A DNA stretch of 64,000 bases, from positions 552,471 to 616,470 of the forward strand of contig CAWBQS010000003.1 in the NCBI GenBank assembly GCA_963790915.1. Direction: 5' to 3'. The translations under genes and the position numbers were made by a program. This document shows positions 55,739-64,000 of the stretch, piece after piece. Under the pieces are notes generated by a model, which saw only the letters and a program-made list of their open reading frames with translations, was not told the DNA's origin and made no database searches. Source of the DNA: an uncultured Chloroflexia bacterium. GTDB lineage: Bacteria; Chloroflexota; Limnocylindria; Limnocylindrales; CSP1-4. How positions within the stretch are numbered: the first letter of the stretch is position 1; every line of letters begins with the position of its first letter.

Positions 55739-55811
55739 CGTGCCCGCGGGCACGCTGCCCTTCGATCGTCGCTATCCTCCGCCTGCGCACCAAGGGGGTA
55801 TGGGGTAGGCA

Positions 55812-56768
55812 GTGGATCTCGGCTACATCGTGCTCATCCTGCTCATCGGCTTCGCCGCCCAGCTGGTCGACGGGTCGCTGGGCATGGGCTATGGCGTCAC
55901 CTCGGCGACGCTGCTGGCGACCATCGGCTTCGCCCCTGCCGCCGCCTCGGCGACCATCCACGTGGCCAAGATCGGCACGGGTCTCATGTCCGGGACGGCA
56001 CACTGGCGCTTCGGCAACGTCCACTGGCGAGCCTGCATCTTCCTCGCCGTGCCGGGCACCATCGGCGCCTTCGCGGGCGCCCTGGCCATCAGCTACATCG
56101 CGGCAGATGTCGCGGCACCATGGGTCTCCGTCATCCTCGCCGTCCTTGGCGTGGTCGTCCTGGTGCGGACCGTCTTCGGGCGCTCCGCCGCCCTGCAGCT
56201 GCGGGAGCCGCGGGTCGCGCTGTTGGGCCCCCTCGGGCTGCTCGGCGGCTTCATCGACTCGGTCGGGGGCGGCGGCTGGGGTCCCGTCACCACATCGACG
56301 CTCATGGCCGCGGGTCGCATGGCCCCCAATCAGGTCATCGGCACGGTCAGCATGTCGGAGTTCATCGTGGCCATCGGGGCGACCATCGGCTTCCTGGCAG
56401 CCCTGGGCGGCGAGGCGATCGCCTGGGGTGCCACGGTCCTGTTGCTGCTGTCGGGGCTGCTGGCCGCACCCATCGCGGCCTGGCTCGTGAGCCACATGGA
56501 CCACCGCGTCCTGGGCGGCCTCGTGGGCGGCATGATCCTCGTCTACAACACGGAGAACGTGCTGCGCCTGGCTGGCATCGTGGGCCCCGCCGTGTTCGTG
56601 GTGCAGGGCCTCGTCGTGGCCGCCTCGCTGCTCATCTGCGCCTGGGTCATCCGCGACCGACGCCGGGGTACGGCGACCGGAGGGCTCGATGGCTCGGCCG
56701 ACGCGTCGGCTGACCTCGCGACGGATGTCGAGCCCGAGGGCATGTCGGAACTCGAGCCGGCGGCCTGA
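55812..56768 (+). CDS. TauE/SafE (sulfite exporter-like) family membrane protein
   Basis: GTG start. GFAAQLVDGSLGMGYGVTSATLL and GFIDSVGGGGWGPV motifs. 8 TM. Confidence 0.85.
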   Translation: MDLGYIVLILLIGFAAQLVDGSLGMGYGVTSATLLATIGFAPAAASATIHVAKIGTGLMSGTAHWRFGNVHWRACIFLAVPGTIGAFAGALAISYIAADVAAPWVSVILAVLGVVVLVRTVFGRSAALQLREPRVALLGPLGLLGGFIDSVGGGGWGPVTTSTLMAAGRMAPNQVIGTVSMSEFIVAIGATIGFLAALGGEAIAWGATVLLLLSGLLAAPIAAWLVSHMDHRVLGGLVGGMILVYNTENVLRLAGIVGPAVFVVQGLVVAASLLICAWVIRDRRRGTATGGLDGSADASADLATDVEPEGMSELEPAA

Positions 56769-56834
56769 CCCAGCCCGGGCGGGCGCCTCCATCACCGTGG
56801 ACCGACGTCGCGGCGGCGGCACCCGGACGGCAGG

Positions 56835-56912
56835 TGGTACCCCCAACCGGATTCGAACCGGTCGATCTCCACCTTGAAAGGGTGGCGTCCTGGGCCTCTA
56901 GACGATGGGGGC
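56835..56912 (-). tRNA. tRNA-Glu (anticodon TTC), CCA encoded
   Basis: The reverse complement GCCCCCATCGTCTAGAGGCCCAGGACGCCACCCTTTCAAGGTGGAGATCGACCGGTTCGAATCCGGTTGGGGGTACCA folds as a cloverleaf. Acceptor stem GCCCCCA/TGGGGGT, anticodon stem CCACC/GGTGG with loop CTTTCAA, T-arm ACCGG-TTCGAAT-CCGGT. The D-arm is identical to classic tRNA-Glu. Confidence 0.88.
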
Positions 56913-56977
56913 CTGGCGACCCCCGGGAGTGTACCCGAGGCTGACCGCGCAGCAGCCGGACGCCATCTCCGCGGCTG

Positions 56978-57277
56978 TCAGGACCCCGTGACGATGGCGA
57001 AGACGGAGGCCGCCGCCAGTGCGGCAGCGGCGGCGATGGCGCAGAGCCCGCCGACCAGGGCGCTCAGGAGCGCCGCGGCGGTGCGGCCCCGTCGCGCCTC
57101 GCTCAGCCCGTGCGACAGGAACCAGGAGGCGACGAACACGAGGCACAGGCCGAAGACCAGCAGGCCCACGACCGTGAACAGGAAGTTCTGGCCCGAGCGG
57201 TCCAGGATCATGCCGTAGAACGTCAGCAGGCCTGAGACGACGAGCAGGACGACGACGGCAAGGCGAGCGGGCGTCAC
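56978..57277 (-). CDS. Small hypothetical membrane protein (99 aa, 3 TM)
   Basis: GTG start and three hydrophobic helices. Sits between tRNA-Glu and the GH13 gene. Confidence 0.5.
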   Translation of the reverse strand: MTPARLAVVVLLVVSGLLTFYGMILDRSGQNFLFTVVGLLVFGLCLVFVASWFLSHGLSEARRGRTAAALLSALVGGLCAIAAAAALAAASVFAIVTGS

Positions 57278-57353
57278 GGCCGGAGTATAGGTTCGGGTCG
57301 CCGGGACGGCGCCGGGCAGCCCCAGCGACCGCCCGGCCAGCCCGAGAGCACGG

Positions 57354-58898
57354 TCAGGTCGTTCGGATGCGGATGATGGCGCCGTGCCGTGCGGGCAGCG
57401 CCACGTGGAGTCGGTCGCCGTTCGTCAGGTCCGCATGGCAGGGCGGTCGCGAGCTGCGCAGCGCCAAGACCTCCGAGGAAGCCGCCGCCATGGGCAGGTC
57501 CAGCGTCCAGTCGACGGGCGCGTCGCCGGCGTTGACGACGCAGGCGAAGATGTCGGCGCCATCGGCGCGCAGGTAGGCCAGCGCCGGCCCGAGCGCACCC
57601 AGCAGGGACAGCCTGCCATCGCGCAGCGCGCGACTTGCGTGCCGCAGGGCCCCAAGGTCGGCCAGCCATCCCGAGGGCTCCTGCGCCCACGCCGACGGGT
57701 CCACCGGGAAGGCCGCCCGACAGTCGGGATCCATCAAGCCGGCCATGCCGATCTCGTCCCCGTAGTACGTGCAGGGCGCGCCCGGCAGCGTCATCTGCAG
57801 CAGCATGGCGAGGCGCACAGCGTCCAGGTCGCCGCCGCAGAGCGTGCGCAGGCGCGGCGTATCGTGGCTGCCCAGCAGGTTCAGCTGGACCGCCGTGATG
57901 TCCGGGTCCACGGCCGCATGGAGGTCCATCAGCCGTCGCCACAGGGCAGCACCGTCCAGCGGCAGCAGCTTGCCCTCGTACTCGACGGGCAGTTCGATAT
58001 CCGTGGTCAGGTGGTCCTGCGCCGCGAACCCCAGGACGGCCTCCGTGAGCGGGTAGTCCATGAGCGCGTCGAACGTGTCGCCCTGCAACCACTCCGGGCT
58101 GGGCGTCCAGATCTCCGCCACGATGTAGGCGTCGGGGTTCACCGCACGCACGCGCTGGCGGAACTCGCGCCAGAAGTCGATGCCGACCTCTTCCGCCACG
58201 TCCAGGCGCCAGCCGTCGATACCGAAGCGCAGCCAGTGCTCGGCAGCGCTCAGGATGTGCTCGCGCATATGGGGTTCGTCGAGGTCGAGCTTGGGCAGGG
58301 CGGGCAGGTCCCACCACGCCTCGTAGCCCAGCACCGGGCGCGACGTCTGGCCCTTGAGGGCACCGGCCGTGCGGCGGCGCTCCATGTCGACGAGGTGGTC
58401 GGCCGCCGGGAAGGCCAGCAGGCCGCGGGCACCCGAGCGCACCCCATCGTCGAGGTGGAACCAGTCCCGGTAGGGTGAGGCGGCCCCGTTCTCCAGGACG
58501 TGGTGGAAGGGCCAGAAGCCGCGCCCGCAGTGGTTGAAGACGCCGTCAAGCACGACGCGCACGTCTCGAGCGTGGGCCTCGTCGAGGAGCTCGCGCAGGG
58601 CCGCGTCGCCGCCCAGCAGCGGGTCGACGTGCAGGTAATCGTCGGTGTGGTAGCGGTGGTTCGACGCTGAGGTGAAGACCGGGTTGAGGTAGAGCGCGTT
58701 GACCCCGAGGCTTCGCAGGCGGTCGAGGTGTGCCACCACGCCATACAGGTCGCCGCCCTTGAAGCCGTGCCGGGTGGGCGGTGACTCCCACGACTCCAGG
58801 GGACCCGGCGCAGGGACCCGGCCGCTGCGCGCGAGTCGGTCAGGGAACACCTGGTAGAAGACCGCGTCACGGACCCACGCGGGGGTATCGATGCTCAT
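57354..58898 (-). CDS. Glycoside hydrolase family 13 enzyme (alpha-amylase catalytic domain; neopullulanase/alpha-glucosidase-like)
   Basis: ATG 58898. Conserved regions DGVFNHCG (I), GWRLDVAEEV (II, nucleophile Asp), IVAEIW (III, Glu), LLGSHDTPR (IV). Confidence 0.9.
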   Translation of the reverse strand: MSIDTPAWVRDAVFYQVFPDRLARSGRVPAPGPLESWESPPTRHGFKGGDLYGVVAHLDRLRSLGVNALYLNPVFTSASNHRYHTDDYLHVDPLLGGDAALRELLDEAHARDVRVVLDGVFNHCGRGFWPFHHVLENGAASPYRDWFHLDDGVRSGARGLLAFPAADHLVDMERRRTAGALKGQTSRPVLGYEAWWDLPALPKLDLDEPHMREHILSAAEHWLRFGIDGWRLDVAEEVGIDFWREFRQRVRAVNPDAYIVAEIWTPSPEWLQGDTFDALMDYPLTEAVLGFAAQDHLTTDIELPVEYEGKLLPLDGAALWRRLMDLHAAVDPDITAVQLNLLGSHDTPRLRTLCGGDLDAVRLAMLLQMTLPGAPCTYYGDEIGMAGLMDPDCRAAFPVDPSAWAQEPSGWLADLGALRHASRALRDGRLSLLGALGPALAYLRADGADIFACVVNAGDAPVDWTLDLPMAAASSEVLALRSSRPPCHADLTNGDRLHVALPARHGAIIRIRTT

Positions 58899-58944
58899 GG
58901 CCGCAAGCGTACCCTCGGCCAGCGTCGTGGGACAATCGAAGCCG

Positions 58945-59319
58945 ATGCTGCAGCTCATCCGCCAGATGCCGCCCGGCGTCCTGGCCTTCCTCGCCTACGC
59001 CTTCCTCGTGCTCGCCATCCTGGGAGTGACCATGCCGATCGTGGTGGATCAGGCCATCGCCTCCCCCGTGACCTTCATCGGCCTCGTCTGGATGGCCCTG
59101 CTGGCCTATCTCATCTTCACCATGACGCTGGTGCTGCAGCGCAAGCAGGCGGCCTACGGGCTGTCGCTGGGCCTCACCACACTGCTCATCCCGCTGGCTG
59201 GCGTCGTCTACTTCTCTCCGGCAGGCTGGCTCTTCTCGATCGCGCTCCTGGCGGTCTTCGTGGCCGTGGTCTGGGCGCTGCGCCGTCCGCGCAGCCGCGC
59301 CTGGTTCAACGAGCCGTGA
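58945..59319 (+). CDS. Hypothetical membrane protein (4 TM)
   Basis: ATG 58945, 124 aa, hydrophobic helices. Divergent from the GH13 gene. Confidence 0.5.
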   Translation: MLQLIRQMPPGVLAFLAYAFLVLAILGVTMPIVVDQAIASPVTFIGLVWMALLAYLIFTMTLVLQRKQAAYGLSLGLTTLLIPLAGVVYFSPAGWLFSIALLAVFVAVVWALRRPRSRAWFNEP

Positions 59320-59359
59320 TCGGGCTGATCGAGGAACGCCCAGCGGTGACGGCCTGACA

Positions 59360-60010
59360 GTGCAGGGGCAGCGCTGGGTCATCCTCGACGTCGGGGAGAC
59401 GCTCATCGACGAGTCGCGGATCTGGGCTGCCTGGGCCGACGCCTGCGGCATCGCGCACACGACGTTCATGTCCGTCTTCGGCTCCATCGTGGAGCGCGGC
59501 CTGGACTACCGGGACATCAGCAGCTATCTGCCCAGCCTTGACTGGGTGGGCATGCACCCCGCCGTCGACGCCCGCGTCGGCGCCTTCCAGCCGGGCGACC
59601 TGTACCCGGACGCGCTGCCGGCCCTGGCCGGCCTTCGTGAGCAAGGCTATCGGACCGCGATCATCGCCAATCAGGCCGTCCGGCGGCACGCGGAGCTGCG
59701 GGCGCTGGGCGTCGAGGCCGAGGTCATGGCCATGAGCGACGCGATGGGGGTCGCCAAGCCCAGCCCGTGCTTCTTCGCGCATGCACTGGAGCTGCTCGGC
59801 AGTCCGGATCCGGGCGACGTGGCCTATGTCGGGGACCGCATCGACAACGACGTCCGGCCCGCCTCGGCGGCCGGCATGCGCGCCGTGTGGCTGCGGCGCG
59901 GTCCCTGGGGCATCGTTCCGCGCGAGGTGCCTCCGGAGGCGCACCTCGTCGTCCGCTCACTGACCGAACTCTGCGAGCGCATCGACGATCTCTGGGGCGA
60001 CGAGGAGTAG
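59360..60010 (+). CDS. HAD-superfamily hydrolase (variant motif I DVGET)
   Basis: WVILDVGETLID (motif I with Gly in place of the second Asp), IIANQ (motif II region), KP..., YVGDRIDNDV (motif IV). Confidence 0.75.
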   Translation: MQGQRWVILDVGETLIDESRIWAAWADACGIAHTTFMSVFGSIVERGLDYRDISSYLPSLDWVGMHPAVDARVGAFQPGDLYPDALPALAGLREQGYRTAIIANQAVRRHAELRALGVEAEVMAMSDAMGVAKPSPCFFAHALELLGSPDPGDVAYVGDRIDNDVRPASAAGMRAVWLRRGPWGIVPREVPPEAHLVVRSLTELCERIDDLWGDEE

Positions 60011-60058
60011 CGCAGGGCGCCCAGGCTCAGCCGGGCCGGTCAACCGGGCGGTCGTGGG

Positions 60059-61072
60059 TCACGCCGCGGGGTCGGGGGCGGGATCAGGCTCGGGGGCGGG
60101 ATCGGGCAGCGCGGTCAGCGACACCACGGCGTCCCAGAGCCAGCGGCGCTGCGCGGCGGAGAGCCTCGTGGATGGCAGGCGGTCGAACGGTCGTGTCCGA
60201 CGGTCCAGGTACAGCCGGCCGCCGTGCATCCCGGCTTCCGGCTCGTTGGCCAGCCAGATGACGGTGTCCACCCCCTCCTGCGGCGAGCGCAGCAGCGGGC
60301 GCATCCACCGACTGAACCCGGGAAGGGAGGCGGCCAGCCCGGGCGTGTCGGCCCAGCCCGGATGCATGGCGTTGACACGCACGGGCCGGCCCCGCAGCCG
60401 CCGACCCCACTCGCGGGTGAGGGTCGCAGACGCCCGCTTGGCGCGCGCATAGGCCAGCGTGCCGTTGAAGGCTCCCCGTTCGGACTGCAGGTCGTCGAGC
60501 CGCAGCGCCTGGCCATACATGCCACCCGAGACGACGCTGATGACCCGACCGGCGGAGCGTTCCAGCAGCGGCAGGAGCCCGGCGATGAGCGCGAATGGAC
60601 CCACGACCATGGTGGCGAAGGTCGCCTCGAGTCCGTCCGTGGTCACCGTGCGCCGTTGGTGGATGGCGCCGGCGTTGTCGACCAGGACATCCAGGCGGGG
60701 CTCGCGCTCCAGGATGGTGGCAACCGCGTGACGCACGCTGGCCAGCGACGACATGTCGGCCACGACCGTAGGGAACCGGTCGGGGTCAGCGTGATCGCGC
60801 CCCAACTCTGCAGCCACCGCCGCGAGGCGCTCCTGGTCGCGGCCCACCAGGACGACGCGGGCCCCCAGGGCCGCCAGGCCGGTAGCGGCCGCGCGGCCGA
60901 GGCCAGAGGTGGGTCCGGTGACCAGGACGGTGCGGCCGGCGAGAGCATCGAGTGGTGGGTCCTGCCATCCGTGAAGCCGGCGGCGGGCCACGGAGCCGAT
61001 GCGCGAGAAGCTGCCGACGATGCTGACCTCGAGCGCATCGTCGAGCAGCGCGCGCACGTCGACGCCGCTCAC
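60059..61072 (-). CDS. Short-chain dehydrogenase/reductase
   Basis: GTG 61072 (GTGA overlap). TGPTSGLGRAAA (TGxxxGxG), NAG, YARAK (YxxxK). Confidence 0.88.
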   Translation of the reverse strand: MSGVDVRALLDDALEVSIVGSFSRIGSVARRRLHGWQDPPLDALAGRTVLVTGPTSGLGRAAATGLAALGARVVLVGRDQERLAAVAAELGRDHADPDRFPTVVADMSSLASVRHAVATILEREPRLDVLVDNAGAIHQRRTVTTDGLEATFATMVVGPFALIAGLLPLLERSAGRVISVVSGGMYGQALRLDDLQSERGAFNGTLAYARAKRASATLTREWGRRLRGRPVRVNAMHPGWADTPGLAASLPGFSRWMRPLLRSPQEGVDTVIWLANEPEAGMHGGRLYLDRRTRPFDRLPSTRLSAAQRRWLWDAVVSLTALPDPAPEPDPAPDPAA

Positions 61073-61569
61073 GCCCCCTGGGCTCCCGCAGGGTCATCCG
61101 CCGTGGCGCGCTCCGCACCGACCGCCTGCCGCACGGCCCGCGCATCCAGCTCGCGCTTCATGCCGGCCACGGCGTCCCGGGCGATGCCGGCGAAGACGCG
61201 GCCAAGCAGGGGCTGCACGATGCCGAGCAGGCCACTCAGCCTGATCTCCGCCACGTAGTCCACGCGCGTTCCCGTCGGGGTGTCGCTGAACGTGATGGCA
61301 TCCTGGCTCCAGACCCCGGAGCCCTCGCCGACCAGGACCACCCGGGAGGGCGCCGTGAACTCGCTGATGCGGTATTCCATGGCCGCGGTGCGCCCGCCCA
61401 TGCGGACCTCCAGCGCGAAGCGGGCTCCGACCCCCAGCGGACCGTCGTCGATGCGTCGCGACGATGCCGTGTTGGGGTCCCACTCCGCCTGGCGGGCGAA
61501 GTCAGCCACGTAGGCGAAGGCAGCCTCGCGGGCCAGCGAGGTCGTGACGTGCTCAACGAGCGTGGTCAT
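61069..61569 (-). CDS. SRPBCC (polyketide cyclase/START-like) family protein
   Basis: ATG 61569 with GGGAGA RBS. 166 aa. Sequence [21 protein letters not shown].... Confidence 0.7.
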   Translation of the reverse strand: MTTLVEHVTTSLAREAAFAYVADFARQAEWDPNTASSRRIDDGPLGVGARFALEVRMGGRTAAMEYRISEFTAPSRVVLVGEGSGVWSQDAITFSDTPTGTRVDYVAEIRLSGLLGIVQPLLGRVFAGIARDAVAGMKRELDARAVRQAVGAERATADDPAGAQGA

Positions 61570-61600
61570 GGGCAGGTCTCCCATCGGTGTGCAGGAACGA

Positions 61601-61613
61601 TACAAAGATTGTA
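61601..61613. promoter_or_regulatory. Palindrome TACAA-AGA-TTGTA in an AT-richer divergent promoter region
   Basis: Read directly from the sequence, between the SRPBCC start (61569) and the FAD-oxidoreductase start (61652). Confidence 0.3.
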
Positions 61614-61651
61614 CTATCACTGAACAGACAGTGTCGCACGGGGGGTCGAGC

Positions 61652-62962
61652 ATGGAGATCGCAGTCATCGGATCAGGCATCAGCGGCTTGACCGCGGCCC
61701 ACGCCCTGCGCGGAGAGCACCGCGTGCGCATCTACGAAGCCGAGCCGTCGCCTGGCGGCCACGTCAAGACGGTGTCGGTACCCACAGCATCGGGGTCCCT
61801 CAACGTGGACACGGGCTTCATCGTCTACAACGAGGCGACGTACCCGCGCTTCACGAAGCTCCTCGCTGAGCTCGGGGTGGAGACGCAGGCCACCGAGATG
61901 TCGTTGGGTCACCGCTGCCGCTCCTGCGACCTGGAGTTCGGCTCGCTGGGAGTGCGGGGCATCTTCGCGCAGCCCGCCAGCCTGCTGCGCCCGGCGCACT
62001 GGCGCATGATCGCAGACATCCGGCGCTTCTACCACAGCGCCCGGGCTCGCCTGGATGGTGGCGCAGCCACCAGGGACACGCTGGCCGATTTCCTCGATGA
62101 GGGTGGCTACGGGAGCGACTTCCGCAGCCACTTCCTGGTGCCGGTCGTCTCCGCCGTGTGGTCCACGGAAGCCGCGGGCATCATGGATTTCCCGGTCGAC
62201 TACCTGCTTCGCTTCCTCGACAATCACGGTCTCATCGGTTTCGGGCGCGCACACCCCTGGCGCACCCTGGTGGGCGGCTCCCAGACCTACGTGGATCGGA
62301 TCGTTGCCGGACTGCCACGCGATGCGCTGCGGGCCGGCGATCCCGTGGTGCGGGTGGTGCGGGGTGACGAGGCCGTCACGGTGGTCACGCAGAGCGGTGC
62401 CAGTGGTCGCTTCGACGGCGTGGTCATGGCCACGCACGCCGACGTGACGCTCTCGCTCCTGGCCGATGCCGACGGCGCCGAACGCGAGGCCCTCGGGCAG
62501 TTCGAGTACACGACGAACGAGGTGGTCCTCCACACCGATGCGTCCGTGCTGCCGCGCCGTCCGCGGGCGCGCGGCTCCTGGAACGTGGACACGGTCGATT
62601 GCCGCCGGCCCAGTAGCCAGCTCACCATGACCTACGACATGAGCCGCCTGCAGCGCCTCCCCGGTGCCGTCCGCTACTGCACATCGGTGAACCCCGGCGA
62701 TCTGGTCGATCCGGCCACGGTCATCCTTGCGCGACCCATGAGCCACCCCAGGTACACCTTCCGGACGCTCGACGGACAGGTCGCGCTGCGCAAGCTGCAG
62801 GGCCACCGCCGAACGCTGTACGCAGGCGCGCACCTCGGCTATGGCTTCCACGAGGACGGCTGCCGCTCTGGATACGAGGCCGCGGAGCGCATCGCGGCGG
62901 GCATCCTGGCGGCGCCTGCCCCCGTCGTGGAGCGGGCCACCCTGGGGACGGGCGTGGCATGA
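61652..62962 (+). CDS. NAD(P)/FAD-dependent oxidoreductase (amine-oxidase-like) of the cfa-associated cluster
   Basis: ATG 61652. [17 protein letters not shown] dinucleotide fold. Followed by DUF1365 and cfa with ATGA overlaps. Confidence 0.88.
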   Translation: MEIAVIGSGISGLTAAHALRGEHRVRIYEAEPSPGGHVKTVSVPTASGSLNVDTGFIVYNEATYPRFTKLLAELGVETQATEMSLGHRCRSCDLEFGSLGVRGIFAQPASLLRPAHWRMIADIRRFYHSARARLDGGAATRDTLADFLDEGGYGSDFRSHFLVPVVSAVWSTEAAGIMDFPVDYLLRFLDNHGLIGFGRAHPWRTLVGGSQTYVDRIVAGLPRDALRAGDPVVRVVRGDEAVTVVTQSGASGRFDGVVMATHADVTLSLLADADGAEREALGQFEYTTNEVVLHTDASVLPRRPRARGSWNVDTVDCRRPSSQLTMTYDMSRLQRLPGAVRYCTSVNPGDLVDPATVILARPMSHPRYTFRTLDGQVALRKLQGHRRTLYAGAHLGYGFHEDGCRSGYEAAERIAAGILAAPAPVVERATLGTGVA

Positions 62963-63717
62963 CGACCGCCCGAGGCATGCGCTCGCACCTCCTCCACGGC
63001 AAGGTCCGGCACCGCCGCTCACGACCACTGCTCTACGAGCTGGAGCACGACGTCTTCTACGTGGCCCTCGATCTCGCGGAGATGGGCTCGGCCTTCGGAC
63101 GTCTTCGCCTGCTCAGCCGCAACCGGCCGAACGTCCTGACCTTCCGGGACCGCGATCACTGGCTGCCGCCAGCGGCCGACCTGACGACATCTGTGCACAG
63201 CCACCTGCGCAGCCAGGGCCACCATGCGGACGATTGGCGCATCACCTTCATCGCCACGCCACGGGTCTTCGGCTACCAGTTCAACCCGGCCAGCTTCTAC
63301 CTCTGTCGCGATGGCGAGGGCGTCATGCGCGTCGTCATCATCGAGGTGCACAACACCCACGGCGAACGCCGCCTCTACACGCTGCACCCCACGCCCCGCG
63401 GGGATGGCTGGGTCGATGGCATGGACAAGGACTTCTACGTATCACCGTTCATCGGGATGGAGGCGCAGTACACGGTGCGCGTCCAGGATGACCCCCGCAC
63501 GCTGCGCATCGCCATCACGGAGAGCGAGCAGGGAGAGCCCGTGCTGACGGCCAGCCTGGTCCTGCAGCGCGCCCGCCTGGATGACCGCATGCTGGCACGA
63601 CTGCTACTGCGAACCCCCTTCGCCAGCCACAAGACCATCGCCGCCATCCACCTCCATGCCTGGCGGCTGTGGCGCAGGGGCCTCCCCTTCCACCGCTACT
63701 CCCGGGTCTCGCGATGA
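62959..63717 (+). CDS. DUF1365 family protein
   Basis: [32 protein letters not shown] are typical DUF1365 strings. Confidence 0.85.
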   Translation: MTTARGMRSHLLHGKVRHRRSRPLLYELEHDVFYVALDLAEMGSAFGRLRLLSRNRPNVLTFRDRDHWLPPAADLTTSVHSHLRSQGHHADDWRITFIATPRVFGYQFNPASFYLCRDGEGVMRVVIIEVHNTHGERRLYTLHPTPRGDGWVDGMDKDFYVSPFIGMEAQYTVRVQDDPRTLRIAITESEQGEPVLTASLVLQRARLDDRMLARLLLRTPFASHKTIAAIHLHAWRLWRRGLPFHRYSRVSR

Positions 63718-64000
63718 CGGCCCCCGCGCCGCTGGCGCGCCTCGCGGGTCCCCTCGATCCTCTCTTCCTGACGATCGCGGGCCGCCTGAGCCTCGCGGCT
63801 GCCTCGCGCATCCGCGTGGGCTGCCTCACGGTGCAGCTCCCGGACGGGTCGCAGCGCGTCTTCGGCGACCGCGACGCCGACCTGCGTGGCGAGATGCATA
63901 TCCACGACATGGATGCGCTACGGCAGCTGCTCATCGGTGGCGAGGTGGGCGGCGGCGAGGCCTACGTGGAAGGCCTCTGGTCCAGCCCTGACCTCGTGGC
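63714..64000 (+). CDS. cfa: Cyclopropane-fatty-acyl-phospholipid synthase-like methyltransferase, N-terminal part (continues beyond the window)
   Basis: ATG 63714 (ATGA overlap). The N-terminal region ...GEMHIHDMDALRQLLIGGEVGGGEAYVEGLWSSPDL matches the Cfa N-domain. The methyltransferase core is outside the window. Confidence 0.7.
   Translation, partial: MTAPAPLARLAGPLDPLFLTIAGRLSLAAASRIRVGCLTVQLPDGSQRVFGDRDADLRGEMHIHDMDALRQLLIGGEVGGGEAYVEGLWSSPDLV

Noticed and set aside
55187-55753. 188-aa minus-strand ORF overlapping the small plus-strand membrane gene.
   Set aside because: Its product is Arg/Asp/Gly-rich without hydrophobic or known motifs, and its GC3 is lower than the plus-strand frames. 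It is most likely a shadow ORF.
56769-57353. tRNA-Glu as an integration hotspot, suggesting a genomic island or prophage boundary.
   Set aside because: No integrase, direct repeat of the tRNA 3' end, or phage or transposase gene is visible on either side. Flanking genes have the same GC3 style as the rest of the window.

Overview
Very GC-rich bacterial chromosomal segment (third codon positions almost all G/C). Gene content is typical of a Gram-positive-type, Actinomycetota/Chloroflexota-like organism; I cannot assign taxonomy from sequence alone. I support about 65 protein genes and one tRNA-Glu. I saw no rRNA, CRISPR array, transposase, integrase or phage genes. Order of blocks: (1) purine nucleoside phosphorylase and a Dpp/Opp-type peptide ABC transporter. 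(2) An accessory-looking stretch of secreted proteins and lipoproteins: a stand-alone SecD-head-like lipoprotein, a PMP-type beta-helix protein, a hydrolase and a lipoprotein. (3) A stop/start-overlapped operon joining a CUT2-type sugar ABC importer to a glycyl-radical enzyme (GRE) and its activase, flanked by a long ArsR-type regulator and araA. This is my top candidate for an undescribed system. (4) tdh-kbl. (5) A complete hdrCBA-mvhDGA group-3c-type [NiFe]-hydrogenase/heterodisulfide-reductase cluster with endopeptidase and a zinc-finger-less HypA. (6) An S8 protease, an ABC-2 exporter with TetR, lepB, mscL, rplY(ctc), a response regulator/histidine kinase/HtrA trio, folB-folP-folC, a PASTA Ser/Thr kinase, galU, several membrane proteins, tRNA-Glu, a GH13 enzyme, and the start of an SDR/SRPBCC/FAD-oxidoreductase/DUF1365/cfa lipid-modification cluster. 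Caveat: at least eight single-base frame breaks interrupt otherwise well-conserved genes (dppD-like x3, sugar permease, kbl, hydrogenase large subunit, a small membrane protein x2). They have no accompanying nonsense decay, so they may be assembly indels rather than true pseudogenes. All family calls rest on motifs read by eye; no database search was possible.
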